DNA of 38,392 nt from NCBI RefSeq assembly GCF_004010195.1, contig NC_057757.1, positions 1,138,405 through 1,176,796 on the forward strand, read 5' to 3'. The position numbers and the translations under genes were made by a program. The notes under the pieces were generated by a model. It worked only from the letters and a program-made list of their open reading frames with translations. It made no database searches and was not told the DNA's origin. Numbering within the stretch: the first letter of the stretch is position 1; each line of letters begins with the position of its first letter. This document shows, in pieces, positions 36,085 to 38,392 of this stretch. The stretch is from Chiloscyllium plagiosum (taxonomy: Eukaryota).

Positions 36085-37495
36085 GCGAGAGGAGCAAACG
36101 TCGGCCAATCAGCCCCTCATGCCGTTTCCACCATTCAATGAAATCATTGCTGATCGGATAATCCTCAATTCCTGTGGCACACCACTGGTTTCAGGTTGTC
36201 ATCCTGAAAATGTCCCCCTTATCCCAACTCTCTGTCTTCTAATAGTAATACAATCCATGCTAATGTATTACCGCCAGCACCATGAACCATCTTATGAAGT
36301 AGCCTAATGTGTGGCACCTTATCAAATGTCTTTTGAACAGCCAAATATATTCCATCCACTATTTCGTCTTTGTCACTCCTGCTTGTTACCTCCTCAAAGA
36401 ATTCTAGTTCATTTGTGAGGCACGTTTTCCCCTGCACAAAGACATGCTGACTCTGCTTGATCATAGAATGTATTTCTAAATACTCTGCTATTACATCCTT
36501 TCTAACAGACTCGAAAATCTACCCAATAACAGACATTAAACTACTTGGCTTATTGTTACCTGTTTTTGTCTCCTTCACCTTTTCAATAAAGGTGTTACAT
36601 TGGCAAGTTTACAATCCTCTGAGACTTACCCAGAATCTAAGGCATCCTGGAAATTTCCTACCAGTGCATCCAGTGTCTCTAGTGTGATCAAGCTGCTCCT
36701 TTAACAAGGTCATGTTATCCTTGGCTTTTTTTTTCAGAGAGGTCGAAGAAGTCTGGGGTGGAAGGGTTTTAGGGCCAACTTGATTATCGCTAACAGATAC
36801 TGCCTCAGTCAGAAGGCTTTCAAGTTTTAATAAAAGAACACTTGTACAATGAAAGGGGAGTGGCCAGTTCTCCCAGCTCAGCTTTTCCCTGGTTTGGCTT
36901 GGTTGTTAGCTGTAATCTGGAAAAAGCTGCTGGACCCAAAGAAGCAGGACCAGGCTTGTACTCTCTCTCCTTGACGTCTTTCCTGTAAGACCCTGTGCTT
37001 GAACTTACCTTTGGTGCCAAGGGGTCTTTATGGGATTGTTGCAAGTATTTGGAACAGCATCATGAAGTTGGAATGATCTGTTGGGTTTTCGGAGAGATTG
37101 TTATTCGGTATTCTGTTTTCTATTATTTGTATTTCATTCAGGAATAACTTCTGTTTTGTTTAAAACTGATTCTCTTCTGGAATATCCACTTTAAACCTGC
37201 TTAAAACAACTAGCAAAGTTAGGGCCTGGGCCACTTTCTTGAAACGTTTTGAGGGGTCTGGCCTGGTCCATAACACAAGCTACTTCTTTGAATATCCTAG
37301 ATTGCATCCCATCAGGGTCTTATCAGTTATAGCCCCATTAGTTTCTTTAGCATGTTTTCTCCAATTATTGTGTTTATATCCTCTCTATTTGCCCCTTGAA
37401 TATTTAATGATTTTGGGATGCTGTAATGTCCTCTATTGTAAAGACCCACGCAAAGTATTTCCTCAATCCCTCTGCCATTTCCTGGTTCCTCATTA
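36085..37495 (-). mobile_element. Old CR1 relic interrupted by an LTR-like insertion
   Basis: SQHVFVQGKTCLTN.LEFFEEVT...QKTFDKVPH (ORF 36219-36464). Confidence 0.75.
36684..37275. mobile_element. Solo LTR-like element
   Basis: Starts tgtgat, ends ggcctggtccataaca; homologous to 12000-12594. Confidence 0.6.
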
Positions 37496-37501
37496 TTACG
37501 C

Positions 37502-37830
37502 GCAGCACGGTGTCTCAGTGGTTACACTGCTGCCTCACAGCACCAGGGACCTGGTTCAATCCCAGCCTTAGGCGACTGTCTGTGTGGAGTTTGCACATTC
37601 TCCCCGTGTCTGCGTGGGTTTCCTCCGGGTGCTCCGGTTTCCTCCCACAGTCCAAACATGCTCAGGTTAGGTGAATTGGCCGTGCTAAATTGCACATAGT
37701 GTTCAGGGATGTGTAGGCAAGGTGCATTAGTCAGGGGTAAACATAGGGTAATGAGTTTGACGGGAGACTCTTCAGAGGGTTGTGTGGACTTGTTGGGCCA
37801 AAGGGCCTGTTTCCACACTGTAGGGATTTT
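37502..37830 (+). mobile_element. HE1-type SINE, near full length
   Basis: A and B boxes, tgtgtggagtttgcacattctccccgtgtctgcgtgggtttcctccgg core, CR1-like 3' tail. Confidence 0.9.
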
Positions 37831-38189
37831 AAGATTTCCCAAATCTTATTTTTTAAGGAGCCTATGTTCACTTGGCTTCTATTCCAATTTATTAATTTAA
37901 CGAAGCTCTTGCTATCTGTCATAATATTACTTGCAAGCGTACCCTTAAAGTTTACGTTCTCCTCTTTATTATTTTTTGGTTGTCTTCAGTTTATTTTTAA
38001 GGACTTAGCTTATTTTTTGGTTTAGCACTAATCGTAACAACATTGTATAATTTTTCTGTCACTTTAATGCTTTCGTTAAACTTCCTTGGTAAAACCCCTT
38101 CCTTTTCAGTGGCATTGTAGCACCAGGTCTGAAAATCTTTCTCCTTCACTGGAATACGCCTTTACTGGGAGCTTTGCCAGGAAGACCAT

Positions 38190-38392
38190 TGCCAACAGAT
38201 TTGCGGCCTCCGCGGGGTCCATGGCTATCGGGAACAACACAGTTTCTGCCGTCGCCGCAGCCACTTCTGCCCCTAGTGACATCACTCACCTGCACAACGA
38301 CCACGCCGCACGTGTCTCCGCCCCCACGCCGATCTCCGTCCGCACGCCTAACCCCACCCCCACGCCGATCTCCGTCCGCATGCCTAACCCCA
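38190..38392. promoter_or_regulatory. Edge of a CpG-rich island toward the ACAP 5' end
   Basis: Abrupt rise in GC and CpG density relative to the CpG-depleted remainder of the window. Confidence 0.5.
38321..38392. repeat. 36-bp GC-rich minisatellite (2 units visible, runs off the window edge)
   Basis: cccccacgccgatctccgtccgca(c/t)gcctaacccca x2, one mismatch. Confidence 0.9.

Noticed and set aside
35951..36307. 118-aa plus-strand ORF
   Set aside because: It is the antisense reading of ACAP exon 2 plus a CR1 relic
316..38025. Most ORFs in the six-frame track as stand-alone genes
   Set aside because: They are fragments or antisense frames of decayed retroelements, or chance ORFs; only the spliced ACAP exons form a coherent frame
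38321..38392. CRISPR-like 36-bp repeats
   Set aside because: The units are directly adjacent with no spacers, the context is eukaryotic, and there are no cas genes

Overview
Eukaryotic, repeat-rich intragenic DNA, most likely from a cartilaginous fish (inferred from HE1-type SINEs and shark-type CR1 and Penelope families). The window lies inside one minus-strand gene encoding an ACAP-family ArfGAP (BAR-PH), most similar to ACAP1. Nine GT-AG coding exons (probable exons 2-10, 804 nt) splice into an open frame covering the BAR domain and the start of the PH domain. The introns hold many CR1 LINE relics (some nested), RTE and Rex1/Babar fragments, tRNA-derived SINEs and solo LTRs. There is also a decayed Gmr1-type LTR retrotransposon with integrase upstream of RT, and several Penelope-like element (PLE) families. 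The most striking signal is a recurring hammerhead-ribozyme core (CUGANGA...GAAA) in about 9 PLE-derived insertions. Several are short non-coding units with target-site duplications (TSDs), and some are head-to-head inverted pairs. A CpG-rich right edge carries a 36-bp minisatellite, an ATG and a perfect splice donor in phase with exon 2. Family assignments rest on motif recognition by eye; no searches were run.
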